This document shows, one piece after another, positions 48,983 through 62,236 of a stretch of DNA of 64,000 nucleotides. Under the pieces are notes generated by a model. It was not told the DNA's origin. It saw only the letters and a list, made by a program, of their open reading frames with translations, and ran no database searches. Every line of letters starts with the position of its first letter. Position 1 is the stretch's first letter. The position numbers and the translations under genes were made by a program. Source of the DNA: Spongospora subterranea f. sp. subterranea (Eukaryota); assembly GCA_049724395.1 (NCBI GenBank), contig JAUGWO010000104.1:1-64000 (forward strand), in the 5' to 3' direction.

Positions 48983-50810
48983 CAACCGTAATGAAGGCCC
49001 CGATCCCGCGCAAGACAGATTCGCAATATCGGGTCAACAGCTGGCGATGATTGCCCTTCGACCGAGATGGTTGAAGTGCCTGTGGGCAAGTTCGGCAGTC
49101 AATTTGCGACCTGATCTGCCAGTTGATCAGCAGCCAGGTGGAAGCAGCACACGAGCACCGAGGGCTGCGCAGTTCTCCGTGGCTGGGGCGCAATAGCCCT
49201 GTCCCTGGCGATAATTGCCGCAGCCGAGTGGGCGAACCCGACTCGTTTTTTCTGGCAAATTCGGCCAAGGTTGTGACGTTTACGTCAGGCCCATCCTGGC
49301 ATAGTAAACACTATGGTGGTTGTGCAACACCTCGGAGACCATACCCATTGCGACTGCATTGGCAAACCAAATACACCTCGATTGGCAAGGTGCTCTTCCA
49401 AAGCCTAGAGTGGGTATCAAAGTTGAACAAACGCAATTTTCAAGAATCGGTGGCTTTGTGAGATCGGGAAAATCGGGGTGGATTTCCGAGATTCTCCGGT
49501 GACGACTGCGTCACCACGGCTGCTGGGAGATGTCGGTACGCGGCGCCGCACACCAGCACCCCAAGGATACTTATCAATGGTTACCTTCCTGGGAGGCAGC
49601 TGACTGCGATCAAATCAAGCCGTCGTGGCGGGACAGAAGCTTTCAAAAACGACTGGGCATGCAGCTCTCGATGGATATATTAACAACTTATGTCGTGATC
49701 CGTCACGTGTCTACAGGGCAGCAAAGCGTCTGTCCCGCCACGACGGCTGTATTGTTCGCAGATTTTTCTTCGATCAAAGCGAAACAGTCACCTTTGTCGA
49801 AATCGGAGGCCGCTCTCCGTCCCGAAAAGTATTTACCGACCATAAACGGGCTGGGCAGAACTTATTTCCAGAGCCTAGTGGTCTGTATCCAGTAACTCAT
49901 CAGGTATCGAGATTCTGCAAACTGCTTTCATTGATTTTCTGGATGTTGCGGTTGTTGGGGTCAATGGCAGAAATTGATGTTGCTTCCGGACGACAGACGT
50001 TAATGTCATCGTTTTGATTGTTGTTTTTTCCACACACGACGGTACTTTGCTTTCAATAAAGTATCGACGTTCGAAAATGTCACTTTCCCTTTGGACCGAC
50101 GAAATACGTCTTTTGAAGGTCTGGGCTTTATTATGCTGTGTATGCTGAATTTTGGCCGGTAGGCGTTTGGTTCTGTCAAAATCCGATTTTCCCGCGCCAC
50201 GAGCCATGAAAATCAAGGCCTGAAAGCGACTTTGAACTCGTTAAAATCATGTTCGTCTGAAAAATTGACGGCCGACCAGATTTTGTACATCATAACTAAC
50301 GTCCCGATTCGTTATTGAGCCTGCCATGGTTGTTTTGCTGCCCGAGTGATATCGTTGTTGCACGGTGAACCACAGCGACGTCCCTGACAACCGTGGCATG
50401 CAATGGGAAACATATCATAGTCTCGTGTGTTTCTCAACTTAATTGTGGGGTTTGCGACGCCCGCCTTCGTCCTTTCGATTTTTTGAGGCTTCGCAAAATG
50501 GAATACGCCACGTGACGCCAGCCTAAAAGTTAGCTGGAGATTTTTTGCCAATTCGACGTCTGATCTCTTTTATGCAAGACGATAACACGGGGCGACCTCC
50601 CGCGGCGTCATGTCTCAGGTTCGCATTTGTACCCTGATTTCAGGGCTCGCTGCGTGTTGGACCACGATGATGACATGCCTTTCGGCATTTTCGTCTGGCA
50701 TTTTGACACTGTTGCTGTTTCATCACCAGCAGAGTGATTCGATTTCGCCAACGACAACAGATCGATAATAAATTTAGTCAAGCAGATCTATTGTCCCGTG
50801 ATTGGACTTC

Positions 50811-53800
50811 TCATGTTTTCATAGGCAGGTCAGGCATTTGCACTTTACCAGCAACTATCCAGAATTTAAGGAACAGTTTATTGACTAACAAGAGCCGATC
50901 CAGCTTCTTGATTATTGAACTGCGTTGACGAGGACAGAGACACTCCCGCGTTGGCATTGGCTGTCGCTGTTTCCTCACCAGCAGAATAGGTTGACGGCGA
51001 CGGCAGACTTCCCCCATTATCAGTCATTGACACAGGGTGATAAATGGTTGAACCGTCCAATGCAACGGTGTGATTTTGCACTGTGCTAGTTCCAGCTTCG
51101 TATGACGCGGAAGTATCCTTAGAACCTAGTGGAAAGCATAAGCCACCACATACAAAGTAGTTTAGCGAAGTCCAAAATACCATTATTAAGTCCAGCTGCA
51201 TTTTCCTTATCAACAACGAGTGGAAGTATTTGCCTTGAAATTGCTAATTCTACATCGGCTGCCAACCTTTCAGCAACAGCTTTCACATGAACCTGATGCG
51301 ATGCTTCTGACGCTTGCTGGGCAGCAGTAAGCTTTGCTTCTTCTTCAGCTGCCAAAGGAGCAGAATTAGCTTTAGCTTCTACTTCAATTGGCAACCGAGC
51401 AGCATTATTTCTCGCTTCTTCCTCAGCCAACCGTGCAGATTTAGCTTTGACTTCTTCCTCAGCTGCCAACCGAGCAGCAACAGCTTTAGCTTCTTCTTCA
51501 ACCGCCAACCGAGCAGCGTTAGTTCTGGCTTCTTCCTCAGCTGACAACCGAGCAGCACTAGTTTTAGCTTCGTCCTCAGCTGCCAACCGAGCAGAATTAG
51601 CTTTAGCTTCTTCTTCAGCTGCCAACCGAGCAGCGTTAGCTTTAGCTTCTTCCTCAGCTACCAACCGAGCAGAATTAGCTTTAGCTTCTTCCTCAGCTGC
51701 CAACCGAGCAGAATTAGCTTTAGCTTCTTCCTCAGCTGCCAACCGAGCAGCAATTGTTTTGGCTTCTTCCTCAGCTGCCAACCGAGCAGAATTAGCTTTA
51801 GCTTCTTCCTCAGCTGCCAACCGAGCAGCAATTGTTTTGGCTTCTTCCTCAGCTGCCAACCGAGCAGAATTAGCTTTAGCTTCTTCTTCAGCTGCCAACC
51901 GAGCAGCCTTTGTTTTAGCTTCTTCCTCACCTGCCAACCGAGCAGCCATTGTTTTAGCTTCTTCCTCAGCTGCCAAACGAGCAGAATTAGCTTTAGCTTC
52001 TTCCTCAGCTGCCAACCGAGCAGCCACTGTTTTAGCTTCTTCCTCAGCTGCCACCCGAGCAGCACTTGTTTTAGCTTCTTCCTCAGCTGCCAAACGAGCA
52101 GAATTAGCTTTAGCTTCTTCCTCAGCTGCCAACCGAGCAGCCACTGTTTTAGCTTCTTCCTCAGCTGCCACCCGAGCAGCACTTGTTTTAGCTTCTTCCT
52201 CAAAGCTGCCAAACGAGCAGAAGTAGCTTTAGCTTCTTCCTCAGCTGCCAACCGAGCAGCCATTGTTTTAGCTTCTTCCTCAGCTGCCAACCGAGCAGCA
52301 ATGGTTTTAGCTTCTTCCTCAGCTGCCAAACGAGCAGAATTAGCTTTAGCTTCTTCCTCAGCTGCCAAACGAGCAGAAGTAGCTTTAGCTTCTTCCTCAG
52401 CTGCCAAACGAGCAGAAGTAGCTTTAGCTTCTTCCTCAGCTGCCAACCGAGCAGCCACTGTTTTAGCTTCTTCCTCAGCTGCCACCCGAGCAGCACTTGT
52501 TTTAGCTTCTTCCTCAGCTGCCAAACGAGCAGAAGTAGCTTTAGCTTCTTCCTCAGCTGCCAACCGAGCAGCCATTGTTTTAGCTTCTTCCTCAGCTGCC
52601 AACCGAGCAGCAATTGTTTTAGCTTCTTCCTCAGCTGCCAACCGAGCAGCAATTGTTTTAGCTTCTTCCTCAGCTGCCAACCGAGCAGCAATTGTTTTAG
52701 CTTCTTCCTCAGCTGCCAACCGAGCAGCAATTGTTTTAGCTTCTTCCTCAGCTGCCAACCGAACAGAATCAGCTCTAGCCTCATCCTTAGCTGCCAATCG
52801 AGCAGCCTTAGATTCTGCGTCATCCTCTGCTGTCAATCGAGCAGCATCAGCTTGCACAGCATTGGCAGTTGGTTCTTCGAGCGCTAACAGAGCAGCATCC
52901 AATTTCACTTCTTGCACAGCATTGGATCGGATGCCGCTGGCCATCGAATCCCCCTCGGCAGCTATCAGAACAAAATTAGAGGCAACAACCTCTTCCAGAC
53001 AATTTTCACGTCATTTTATACCTCTCTTGACATGATGAGTTTCGCCACTGAATTGATTTACTTTCTGCTCCTGATGCATTGCTCATTATTATTAGGGAAT
53101 ATTATGAACAACAAAAATCAGCCTACTAATTCGTCGGTTTCTCTGGATCGTATCAGTAGTTGATTGTTCAACACGGAAATCTGTTTTTCTAGCAAAGCTT
53201 CTTGTTTGCTAGAGTCTTCGGTAACGCGCTGCAATCGAGATTCCCAAACTTTGTTAACCTCGGAAATGTCTGTTGATATACGATTTTTGTCCTCCACAGC
53301 ATCATGCAACTGCATTCGACAGGTCTTGAGATCGTTTTCTGAGTTCTGTCGTATTGTGGTCTCCTATTGATTCTTAAATGTTATACACAAGATTGAGTTA
53401 TTGTATACCACGTACGTTTGTTAATAAAGTGTCTTGAAGTTGAATTTGCTCTTTTAAAGTTGTTACTTCATTTTGAATGACTGCCACATTTTGTAAGGCT
53501 CCGTGTGCTTGTTCTTGCGACGCTTTTAGGTTGGATTCTAAAACCTCCACGTCTGACTGTAGGGAGCTCAATTTTGCCTGTAATGCATCCTGAGCGTCAC
53601 TAAGAATTTGTATCTGCCCTTTCAGTGCCACATTCTCCTGCGCTAAGGCTGTTTTCCCTTCATCGCCCATCTGCGACGAAACTTGCAGCGCTTGCCTCAG
53701 TTCATCAATATCAAGCTGAGCTTTGCTCAAATTCTGTTCTGCTTTTTGCCGATTCCATTCAGTGCAGTCCTGGGATTCCTTTAACTCTTTTTGTGTCTGC

Positions 53801-55494
53801 TCCAGTTGCCCTTTGCATTCTTCAAGCTTGATCATTGTCTCTGAATACTCATTGTGTGCCGTGAGCAGCTCCGTTTGCAGGCTTTCTATTCGTGTTTGTA
53901 GTAAATCGCTACTGGCTTGATGCGCTTGTAGCTGCAACTCTGTGCGATAAAGTTTCTCTGCAGTATCTTGATGACTAGCCGATTCTTTTCGTAACGCTTC
54001 GGCAGCTGCTTCCCGGTCTGCTGATGTGGCTCGCAACTGAATAAAAAGTTAAACATGTGACCAAACTTGGCACTGTCGTTCGACTTGTACCTGTTCGGAC
54101 TCAGAATGGTTGTATACAGACAGGGTTGTATTTTGTGTTGTAAGCTGGGCAATGGATTCTGTTAACGCCTTGTTAGCCTTTCGTTCAGATAGTAATTCAG
54201 AGGTAAGTTCTTCCATCTTCTGCTGCTGTTCCTGGGTAAGAGCCTTGATATGACTAATATTGTCCTATGAAATTCAGAGTCAACGAAAAAGAAATGCTTT
54301 TGGAAATTAGATACCTGTTTGGTATCAAGAGATTGCTTGAGTTCAGACACAGCTTTTTCGGTATTTGAATGGTCATTGATTAACTTATCTCGTTCAATAA
54401 CTAGAGCGTCAATTCTGCTCAAGAGGGCTGCTTTTTCACTAGCACCGTCTTCAACGGCAACTGCGAGGGAGACGGTTCGGCGTCGAAGGTCAGATATCGT
54501 ATTTTCTAGACTAACAGATAACCTAAATGCATGGCAAGATAACTGTTGATCGCAGCGAACCTTTTACTTTGCTCAATCAACATTGACCGGTCTTCAAACA
54601 TCTGCGTCTGAATCAAATCCGTTCGCTGTTCGATTCGTTTCTGCATATCTTGCTCAATGACGCGCTCATTGCTGGATATTTTGGAGGCCAGGGCGCGCAA
54701 TCGCCTGGCTTCGGTATAGTATGCCTTGTTCTGGATTCTGAGTTCTCGCACAGCAGTGAACTTGATCGAAGCCGATATCTAATGAAAACAACCTCATTCA
54801 GCGCTGCGAGATCGGTAACCCTGTTACATTGCATGACCACACCGATTCCAGTCGCTTATCCAACGTATTACGTTCCCCTTCCACAGACTGAAGCTTGGCC
54901 TGTAGACCAGTCACTTTACATTTTTCTTGGCGCAGCGATTCCAGAAGTTCGGCGCGGTCGGCGTTGCCCGAGCTGTTGTCAATCGAGGATCGCAGAAGCT
55001 GATCCATTTGCCGAGCTTGCTTTTGTACCTGCATGGCGATATGTTAACAAATGTGACCTGGATGCCGGGTAATTTGGGACCTCTTTTTCTAAACGAAGGT
55101 TTTGCGCCTGCAGTGTGGTTTTCAGTTTCGTTGCTTGAGACAACCTCTTCTTAACTGCGGATAGTTCTTCCTGAAAGGCGGTGATATCGATCGTTGATCC
55201 TCCAGCTATCAAATTGCTCGTCAGGTCTTTGATGCTAGGTTTTTCGCTGATCATGTTTATTTCGTCACCAGCGGTCAGCATCAACTCCACTTTTTGCAAC
55301 AGTTTTCGGCGCGATCTCCTCGCTGCCTTGCTAGGTGGCTGGGCTTTGATAGCTGGAGCTATTGGTGGAGGAAATTCGGTAAGCTTCTCATCCTTCAAGT
55401 ATTGTCGAACGGTATCTGATTCTGAAGTCGGCTCTAATGCATATGCCGACGCAGATGCCCGCTTATTTTTAGGAGACCTTGACGATTTCCTCAT
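50811..55494 (-). CDS. Large coiled-coil protein with a 13-aa Ala/Glu-rich repeat tract, multi-exon (apparent 2-nt frameshift at about 52202)
   Basis: Consecutive same-strand heptad-rich ORFs separated by short GT-AG introns, then (AARLAAEEEAKxx)n. Both ends approximate. Confidence 0.75.
51330..52810. repeat. Coding tandem repeat, 39-bp unit, about 37 copies
   Basis: Plus-strand unit like TTAGCTTCTTCCTCAGCTGCCAACCGAGCAGCAATTGTT, with variants. Confidence 0.97.
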
Positions 55495-56656
55495 TACAAT
55501 ATTGATTGGCGTCGCTTCTTTGAAAGATATAATGACACGCGCAACTGGTCGATATTGTTCGTTCAGAGAAATATCTAAATTTGTCACTCTTCAGTTGGTG
55601 TTCCACGTTGAATGTTGAAACCCGTAGTCGTGCCTATATGCTTTTTTCAAAACCGAGGTCATTCGGAAAGCAGTATGGCTTGATAAATTTGCTCTTCTCT
55701 TTATTCCAGCATTATGAAACAATACCGATGGACTTCAACTGATTGTGATGAGCATAGAATGTGCCACAGGTCTGCATGACGGTAGGGCAACGAAACCAGT
55801 TATACGCAACGTGAAGATAAAGCAATCGTTGATCTGGATGTCACTGGTTCTGGTGAACCTGCTTGTGTGGACTCACTACCGTCTGCAGCTAGAAACCTCT
55901 TGCTAACTATTGTCTTGTTCATAAATAAACAATGTATGATGACAGATCCAGACATTACTAAAATGTATAACACCTACAACACACAATGGTTTCCAGCTAT
56001 AGTTCGGTGGTGAATAAAGCGAGTTACAAAAACAGGTGCTGTATTTGACCTCTCAAAGTAGGTGCTCTTCTCGGGAGGTTGTTCAACATTGTAGAAAAAT
56101 CACCGACTTTGTATAATTAAAACACTTGGAACTTGTCCTCCGGTGTTCGAACTGCTCTGTTCCAGTGCCCTAATTTCGTGCAAAACTCCAAAATAAATGT
56201 CGACATTGCGCGATTTATTCCAGAAACGACCTGATTATTTTCATATTTTTTCGCGATTGCGATAACGTCGCACAAGATTTCTCTGCGTTCTCTACACAGA
56301 TATGAACCGCGATTTGCTCAAGTCACATGTACGATGACCTTGGGGCTTTTGCGTTTGCCATATTTCCGCAAAGTGATATATGCCTGTGATGGCGCAGACG
56401 AAGTCCAACATGACGGTACCACACTCAACATGTCAATGGCTCAGAATAATTCGCTGCCTGTAACGCATCACCGTTTGAATAGTGCGCGCAATATCCGTAG
56501 AGTCATAGGGGGTCGCGACCACTTGGTCTGATCAAGGGACAAAGCGATTCTGTGATTTTCTATGGGATCGCTGTTTGGACGAGATTCTGGCATTGCAGCT
56601 TAGCGTGTTATATCAGCGTCCAAATTCGGCGTCCGGTCCTGACGCTCGACCGTTGC

Positions 56657-57648
56657 ATGCACGAAAATCCTGAAATCATGAGAATGGACGGTGAAGGCTG
56701 GCATTCTTTGTTGAACTCCGGAAAACATCATCTTCAAAACGAAGACTTTCTTTCTGCCATTTCGTCCATGACGTCGCTGTTAAATACGGTATCCAATGAA
56801 GCTCATCTGAAGGTATCTAGCTACTTTGACGTTTTTATGTGATGATGGGTTCATCAACTGTTTGTTCGATAGTTTGCAGTAGTAGAAGCATATCTTGGTC
56901 GAGGGATGGCGCTTATTGGACTCCAGGATTACAAAGGGGCGGTTGATGACTTGTCAGTCTGCCTCACATTTGCGATTGGCCCAAATTATGGTAGACGCCC
57001 AGAAATATTTTGGCAAAGGGGCCAGGCGTATGAAGGTCTAGGTAAACGGATCATGTCATAACTTGCCTTAGACCACCCCTGATGTTTTATTATGATGAAG
57101 GTTTACCAACCAGAGCTATCGCTGATTTTACAAATGCCATATCCGAAAATCCAGAGTTTCTTGATGGGTTTTTAACTAGAGGTCGCCTCCTATTCTCCCT
57201 TCGACAATATAATCAAGCAATATCTGATTTTTCCTTCGCTATAAATCTGAATTCAAGGTTCGTTTCGGCCCATTTCCAATCAAATGCCATCTGACATGTG
57301 TTTAGATGCAAAGAAGCTTATTATTACCGCGCCCAGTGTTGGTTGCTTCAAGCCCCTAAACCTTCCAAGTTGAAGTGCAATAATGCAGTTCATGATTGCT
57401 CGTTATCACTTTCACTACATGCTGATGATGCAGCATGCTTGTTAGTCAGGGCTAGAGCATATTCGTATTTAGACGAACATTCGCTTGCGAGAGCGGACTA
57501 CTTAGCTGCAATTTCTATTGACCCATCGTTGGCGAGCCTTGAATTCCCTCGCGAAATAAATCTAGCTAGACCCAAGCGCAAGACCGATATGCCGGTCAAG
57601 CGTCAGGAAAAGAAACTATGTCCTGGTATATCGAGCTTAAAATTGTAA
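56657..57648 (+). CDS. Tetratricopeptide-repeat protein, multi-exon
   Basis: AYLGRGMALIGLQDYKGAVDDL, AIADFTNAISENPEFLDGFLTRGRLLFSLRQYNQAISDF, ARADYLAAISIDP. Confidence 0.85.
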
Positions 57649-58783
57649 ATTGAAATTTATTGTAATATATTTATCCTACCAACGCTTTTGCATTTGATTA
57701 CTGCTAGATGTTCTTACTTGAACGTGGCCCTTCATTCTATGCCATTTTTTTCGTAAATGGGGTGGACGATATTGATCCCTGGTGGCCTGGCCCCAGCGTA
57801 TGCATGAATCTGACACAAAAGACCAACCGCGATCACACAACAAACCGTCCGTTCTGAAAACAGTAGGTTGAAACGACGTTCCCCTGATGGCGATTTACGT
57901 CAAGTTGCAGCCCAACTAGGTATCGGCATCATCAAGTCAATCTTCCAGGGGCAAATGCAGCCACTATGGTGAAGATTGCCCGAATAGTGATCGGTTCACA
58001 TGATCAAATGTTCGCAGACAAATCCTTCGTTTCGAGCCAGAATCGATATAATGACGTTTTGTCCAGATCAGGCGGTTTGCTATAAACAACTGGGATCCCC
58101 CTTGAAAACGTTATTGTTGTTTCTCTTTCCTTGTCGGCAAAAGAGAGGTCGAGCCAATACAGTACATAGTTCTCTGACTATGGTGGCACAATCTAAAAGT
58201 CGAAAATAAACGCACCAGGTTTGGGACATCACGATATTTTCCGAGACATCAAGCGTTTTGAAAATGAGGAACGGGATCTGTGTTGGATTACCGAGATGAT
58301 TTAGAGGCGAGCCCGTTCAGGGTTCAAGCGAAAAACCTGGGAAGTTGCAGTGAACGAAGAATTCAAAGTGTGCTATGAACGCGAGCCCCTCAAAAATCCG
58401 ATCCATTCAGGGGTCCCACAACGTGCTGAGATAGCGAATCTGTTGTTTACAAGTCAGCGAGTTCGGTCGCGAGAGATTGCGTCTGCTTTCGACGCCGTAT
58501 GGGAAGAGTATCTTCACTTAATTAGACATGTCTGATCAGTATCTTGATATAATTGACTCTGTTTCTCTTGGTAGATTCATTCATCGAAATTGAACCATTG
58601 CTGGAAAAGTTGAATGAAGGGACCATTGCTGTGGGACATTCTGCGTGTTCGTCCTCCGATGCGACATTGACACCCGATCGCTTGCGAATTTCAGTGATGA
58701 CGGATCCAGCAGCGACTGTAAAAAGAGCCACACTCAAATCACCAGCACATTTCGCAAGCCCATCCATCCTAAAGTACGGTTAA

Positions 58784-58959
58784 TCGCAACAAGAGAATAC
58801 GCGAAAATGGGATTCCCCCAAACGCCAGGACTCTGGAGGTTTGAACCGTATCCGAGCTCCTTGCCCGCCCTCGTTGCGGATTTTTCATTGATGCGGTTCA
58901 TATATGCCAGAGTCTTGGCGAGTCGGGAATACAGTCCCATTCTCGCGTATTCTCTTGCG
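58784..58959. mobile_element. About 175-bp inverted-repeat element (MITE-like hairpin) flanked by TTAA
   Basis: Left arm CAAGAGAATACGCGAAAATGGGA..CGCCAGGACTCTGG..TGAACCGTATC pairs with right arm GATGCGGTTCA..CCAGAGTCTTGGCG..TCCCATTCTCGCGTATTCTCTTG. TTAA at 58780-58783 and 58960-58963. Confidence 0.6.
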
Positions 58960-59052
58960 TTAAGTTGGGAAAAGATGGGCTGGTTCGAAATGTGGTGGGG
59001 TGATTGACTGATTCGGCCTCTTTCGTCAAGTCGTTTAACCATGTCCTGGTCG

Positions 59053-59061
59053 AAAAAAAAA
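59053..59061 (-). terminator. Pol III oligo-T terminator of tRNA-Gly
   Basis: Run of 9 T on the minus strand immediately 3' of the discriminator base. Confidence 0.85.
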
Positions 59062-59133
59062 TTCGCCAACCGAGAATCGAACTCGGATCAACTGCTTGGA
59101 AGGCAGCCATTCTAACCATTGAACCATTGGCGA
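59062..59133 (-). tRNA. tRNA-Gly (anticodon TCC)
   Basis: Cloverleaf TCGCCAA-TG-GTTC AATGGTTA GAAT-G-GCTGC CT TCC AA GCAGT-TGAT-CCGAG TTCGATT CTCGG-TTGGCGA-A, 72 nt. Confidence 0.95.
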
Positions 59134-59292
59134 ACAACAGATGCTTTAACTAAATAAATTAAATGTGAAGGCGAATAAAGTCAACAGGTATTCCTTGGTG
59201 AAGTGTGAACCGATCCCATTTCCGATTCCACCAGCCTGATTGGGGGCTTAGGTCTGGAAATCTCGGTTTGCCCTTCTGCACAGATATCGGCC

Positions 59293-60154
59293 ATGCTCAA
59301 CGATAATTTCTTCATGCCGTCGGATCAGGTCGTACATCCCCCACACATTCTTGTAGGTGTTAGCGGTAGTGTCGCCAGCATCAAGGCGGCCGAACTGGTG
59401 TCGAGCCTATCATGTTTAGGTGAGGTTAGACTCATACTCACCGATGCCGCCAAACATTTTGTTGACGCCAATGAACTATCAACAACACAAATCTACTACA
59501 ACGGTCTGTCAATTTTTGTGTTTTCTTTCGCTTTGATTCGGCTTATGCCGCCTTAGAAAATGAATGGGAGACATACCAGAAGCGTGGTGATCCCGTGTTG
59601 CATATTGAGGTATAATCTCATTGGCCATTTCGAACATTTTTGGTAAGTTTGTTACTGCAAGCTAAGGCGATGGGCCGATATCTTCTTGATTGCACCCCTG
59701 TCCGCCAATTCACTCGCCAAATTATCATATGGAATCTCCGATAATCTCCTCGTAATTCACGCTGTCCAACAGAACTCCAACGCCCCATAATCTGAGCCTA
59801 GGTATTGTTCAGACCTGCACGGCCCGAGCATGGCAGACCGGGATCAAGCCGCTGGTGATTGCTCCTGCCATGAACAGTGAGTCATGGGCGTTTTTTTCGT
59901 TACCAAACGCTGATATCATCGTAGCTGCAATGTGGGATCATCCAGTGACGACCGAACATATATCTCGCCTGACTCAATGGGGTGTTCATGTTGTCCCTCC
60001 CGTTGAGAAAACGCTGATCTGTGGGGATGCTGGTACGTCATTCATGCTGAGGTTTGAGAGACAGGGCTGATTCTGGTTCAGGTATGGGAGCCATGGCGAA
60101 TATCGACACTCTAGTTGACGTTATTAGCAAACTAGTTGCCCAAATATTCGAATA
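59293..60154 (+). CDS. PPCDC: Phosphopantothenoylcysteine decarboxylase (HAL3/PPCDC flavoprotein), multi-exon
   Basis: [87 protein letters not shown]. Confidence 0.93.
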
Positions 60155-60350
60155 ATTCAGCTCGAGACACTACATTCATTTATTTTCGTAAACTCAACAT
60201 AGCGCCATTAATTTTTCTTCGAATATCCTGTCTGAGTAAGCAGTGCTGTGCTAAGTGCTTCAAACTCCCCTATTGTCTTCATTCACATCTACTCCATATT
60301 GCCCATGTGGCAACTAGACCGTAGCTCACCTTCGTATTTCGAATGAATCT

Positions 60351-61720
60351 TCATAATTGGAAAATATCATGAACACGAATAGGCCATAGGTTGTGCAGTA
60401 GATGAACCATCATAGATGTTTGAGATTGATAAAAAGGCGCACCATGAGGGATATATAGTGAGTTACTGAAACCCAATGTCTTCACAGGTTTTCCAATCCT
60501 TGCCAAACCAACAAAAAATTCAAGTTCGCATGAAACCACATTCGTATGGTAATCACAAATCGCGGAACTGGTCGGCACTCTTTTCAAGTACATTGGACGT
60601 GATACATGTATGGAGTGGTCTACAACATTGTGTAAGAGACGTTGTACTTGGTGTCCAAAGGGCTCAAGAAGGAATTTTTCATTATCTGTGGTCGCTGATG
60701 ACGTTTACAATTTAGAATTAAAAAAAAAACAGGTTGCCAATATCTATCGCGGGTGGTTTCGATTGTTCTGATGCTGATACACGTTTTGAGGTGGAAAACG
60801 AGGCAGCAGAAGTAAAGAAGTGCCCAATCATAACAACGTTTGTATCTCATCGCTAATCGATCCATGTTGACGTTGAAATACGCTTTTGCCCATTGGCGAA
60901 GGTTCAACATCTCTCTCACCCGATGCATTCTCGTGAAACAGCGGCTTATCCTGTTTATTTGCATCATCACAAACCCTTCAGTGATGATTTCTGGTCGACT
61001 TCGGGTTTTGTTACATTTTTTGAAATCTTCACCAAAAATAGTGTCATATAAATCATACCAAAAATTACCAATGGGCGGAGCCAGCACACAATCATCATCG
61101 GGATCAATAATCTTACACTTAGCGCCAAGCGGAGCTGATCGCATGGCATCATTGTTGTAGCAATTATTTCAGCAGTCCATGATAGCAATGTTCACCTGTA
61201 ACCTTCATTGTCGCCATGAACTGCTCTGTTTAGTCGCTGTTATCAGCAAAGTTGGTGACAATCTGGAGCAATGGCCACATAAGAGGTATCAGAACGAAGA
61301 TAAACAGTATACCGTACATGAAATACTGAATTCTGATGTGAGCCGATGAATCTGAACACGATTTCGATGAAAGTATAGACAGTGCTACGATGGCAAAATC
61401 TTTCCGTTGAAGGATCACTGATGCAAAATGTTGTAAAAGCATCGAAAAGAACGCCATACCACACGTATACAATTCCACACGATATGGAACAGGCGAAGAC
61501 AAGACTAAATACATGAAGGAAAGTCGTGAACGAGAAGATGAGGGTGGTCGGTAGCAACGAGACAAAGGTTGAAGTATTTGAAGAGAAGAAATATTCGAAA
61601 TGAGTTCTTCGAACGAATCCAACGTGAGATAATCGGATGAATGTTACTTGAGTATTTGTTTATCAGGGTCATATTGGTTGGCGTGGTTTGTTCCTGATAA
61701 GGGAACCGCCCTTGACACAT
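60351..61720 (-). other. Cluster of same-strand ORFs; possible hypothetical (membrane) gene or decayed gene
   Basis: ORFs of 174, 130, 104 and 80 aa, partly hydrophobic. I recognised no motif and could not build a consistent splice model. Confidence 0.3.
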
Positions 61721-62236
61721 GCATTAAAAGGATTGACGGAATTCGATGAAGATTACGAAAGGGTTGTATTATGCACATTATTTTATTGATAGACTTATTC
61801 AACGATCACTTGATCGATTGACAACAGCATTGATGAATCTGATGAAGTGTGGTAATCGCGACGCGAAGGCGAGCCAAACATGGAGCGAAGGCGTGGGGCG
61901 AGAGCGAACGTTAAGGGGACGGGGAAACGACACCTCTATTAAAACATGCAATTATAGGAATGAAGAGCTGTGGTCGTCTTCAAAACCTGTTTGTTACGTG
62001 TACGGACAAACGATACACAGGCAGGACATGCGTGACACGGTGACAGTGGAATGTCGCAGTCTCGGAACATTCCTGTTACGGAGAAACCCTCAACCCATCG
62101 AGTTACACGTTTCGCTGTCTGAAAAACCACAGCCGCGCACATTTGGGCGTCGTGACGATATCGTAATGACGAAACTGCGTGACAGGTGACCCTTCCGATA
62201 CACAGTGATCGCTGGGATTTATCGCCGTACACAATA

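Noticed and set aside
49530..49990. Faint Ulp1-protease-like pattern (YLPTING..LVV..IRYRDS)
   Set aside because: Catalytic His and Cys motifs are absent and the pieces lie in different frames; too weak to call.
51447..53035. Long plus-strand ORFs (LASSSAANRAA)n and the alternative minus frame (LLGWQLRKKLK)n
   Set aside because: These are shadow frames of the 39-bp coding repeat; the AEEEAK frame connects to the flanking exons.
57850..58783. Short plus-strand ORFs suggesting a decayed gene
   Set aside because: No recognisable motif or consistent splice model.
58898..59137. 79-aa minus-strand ORF
   Set aside because: It overlaps the tRNA gene and the hairpin element and is spurious.
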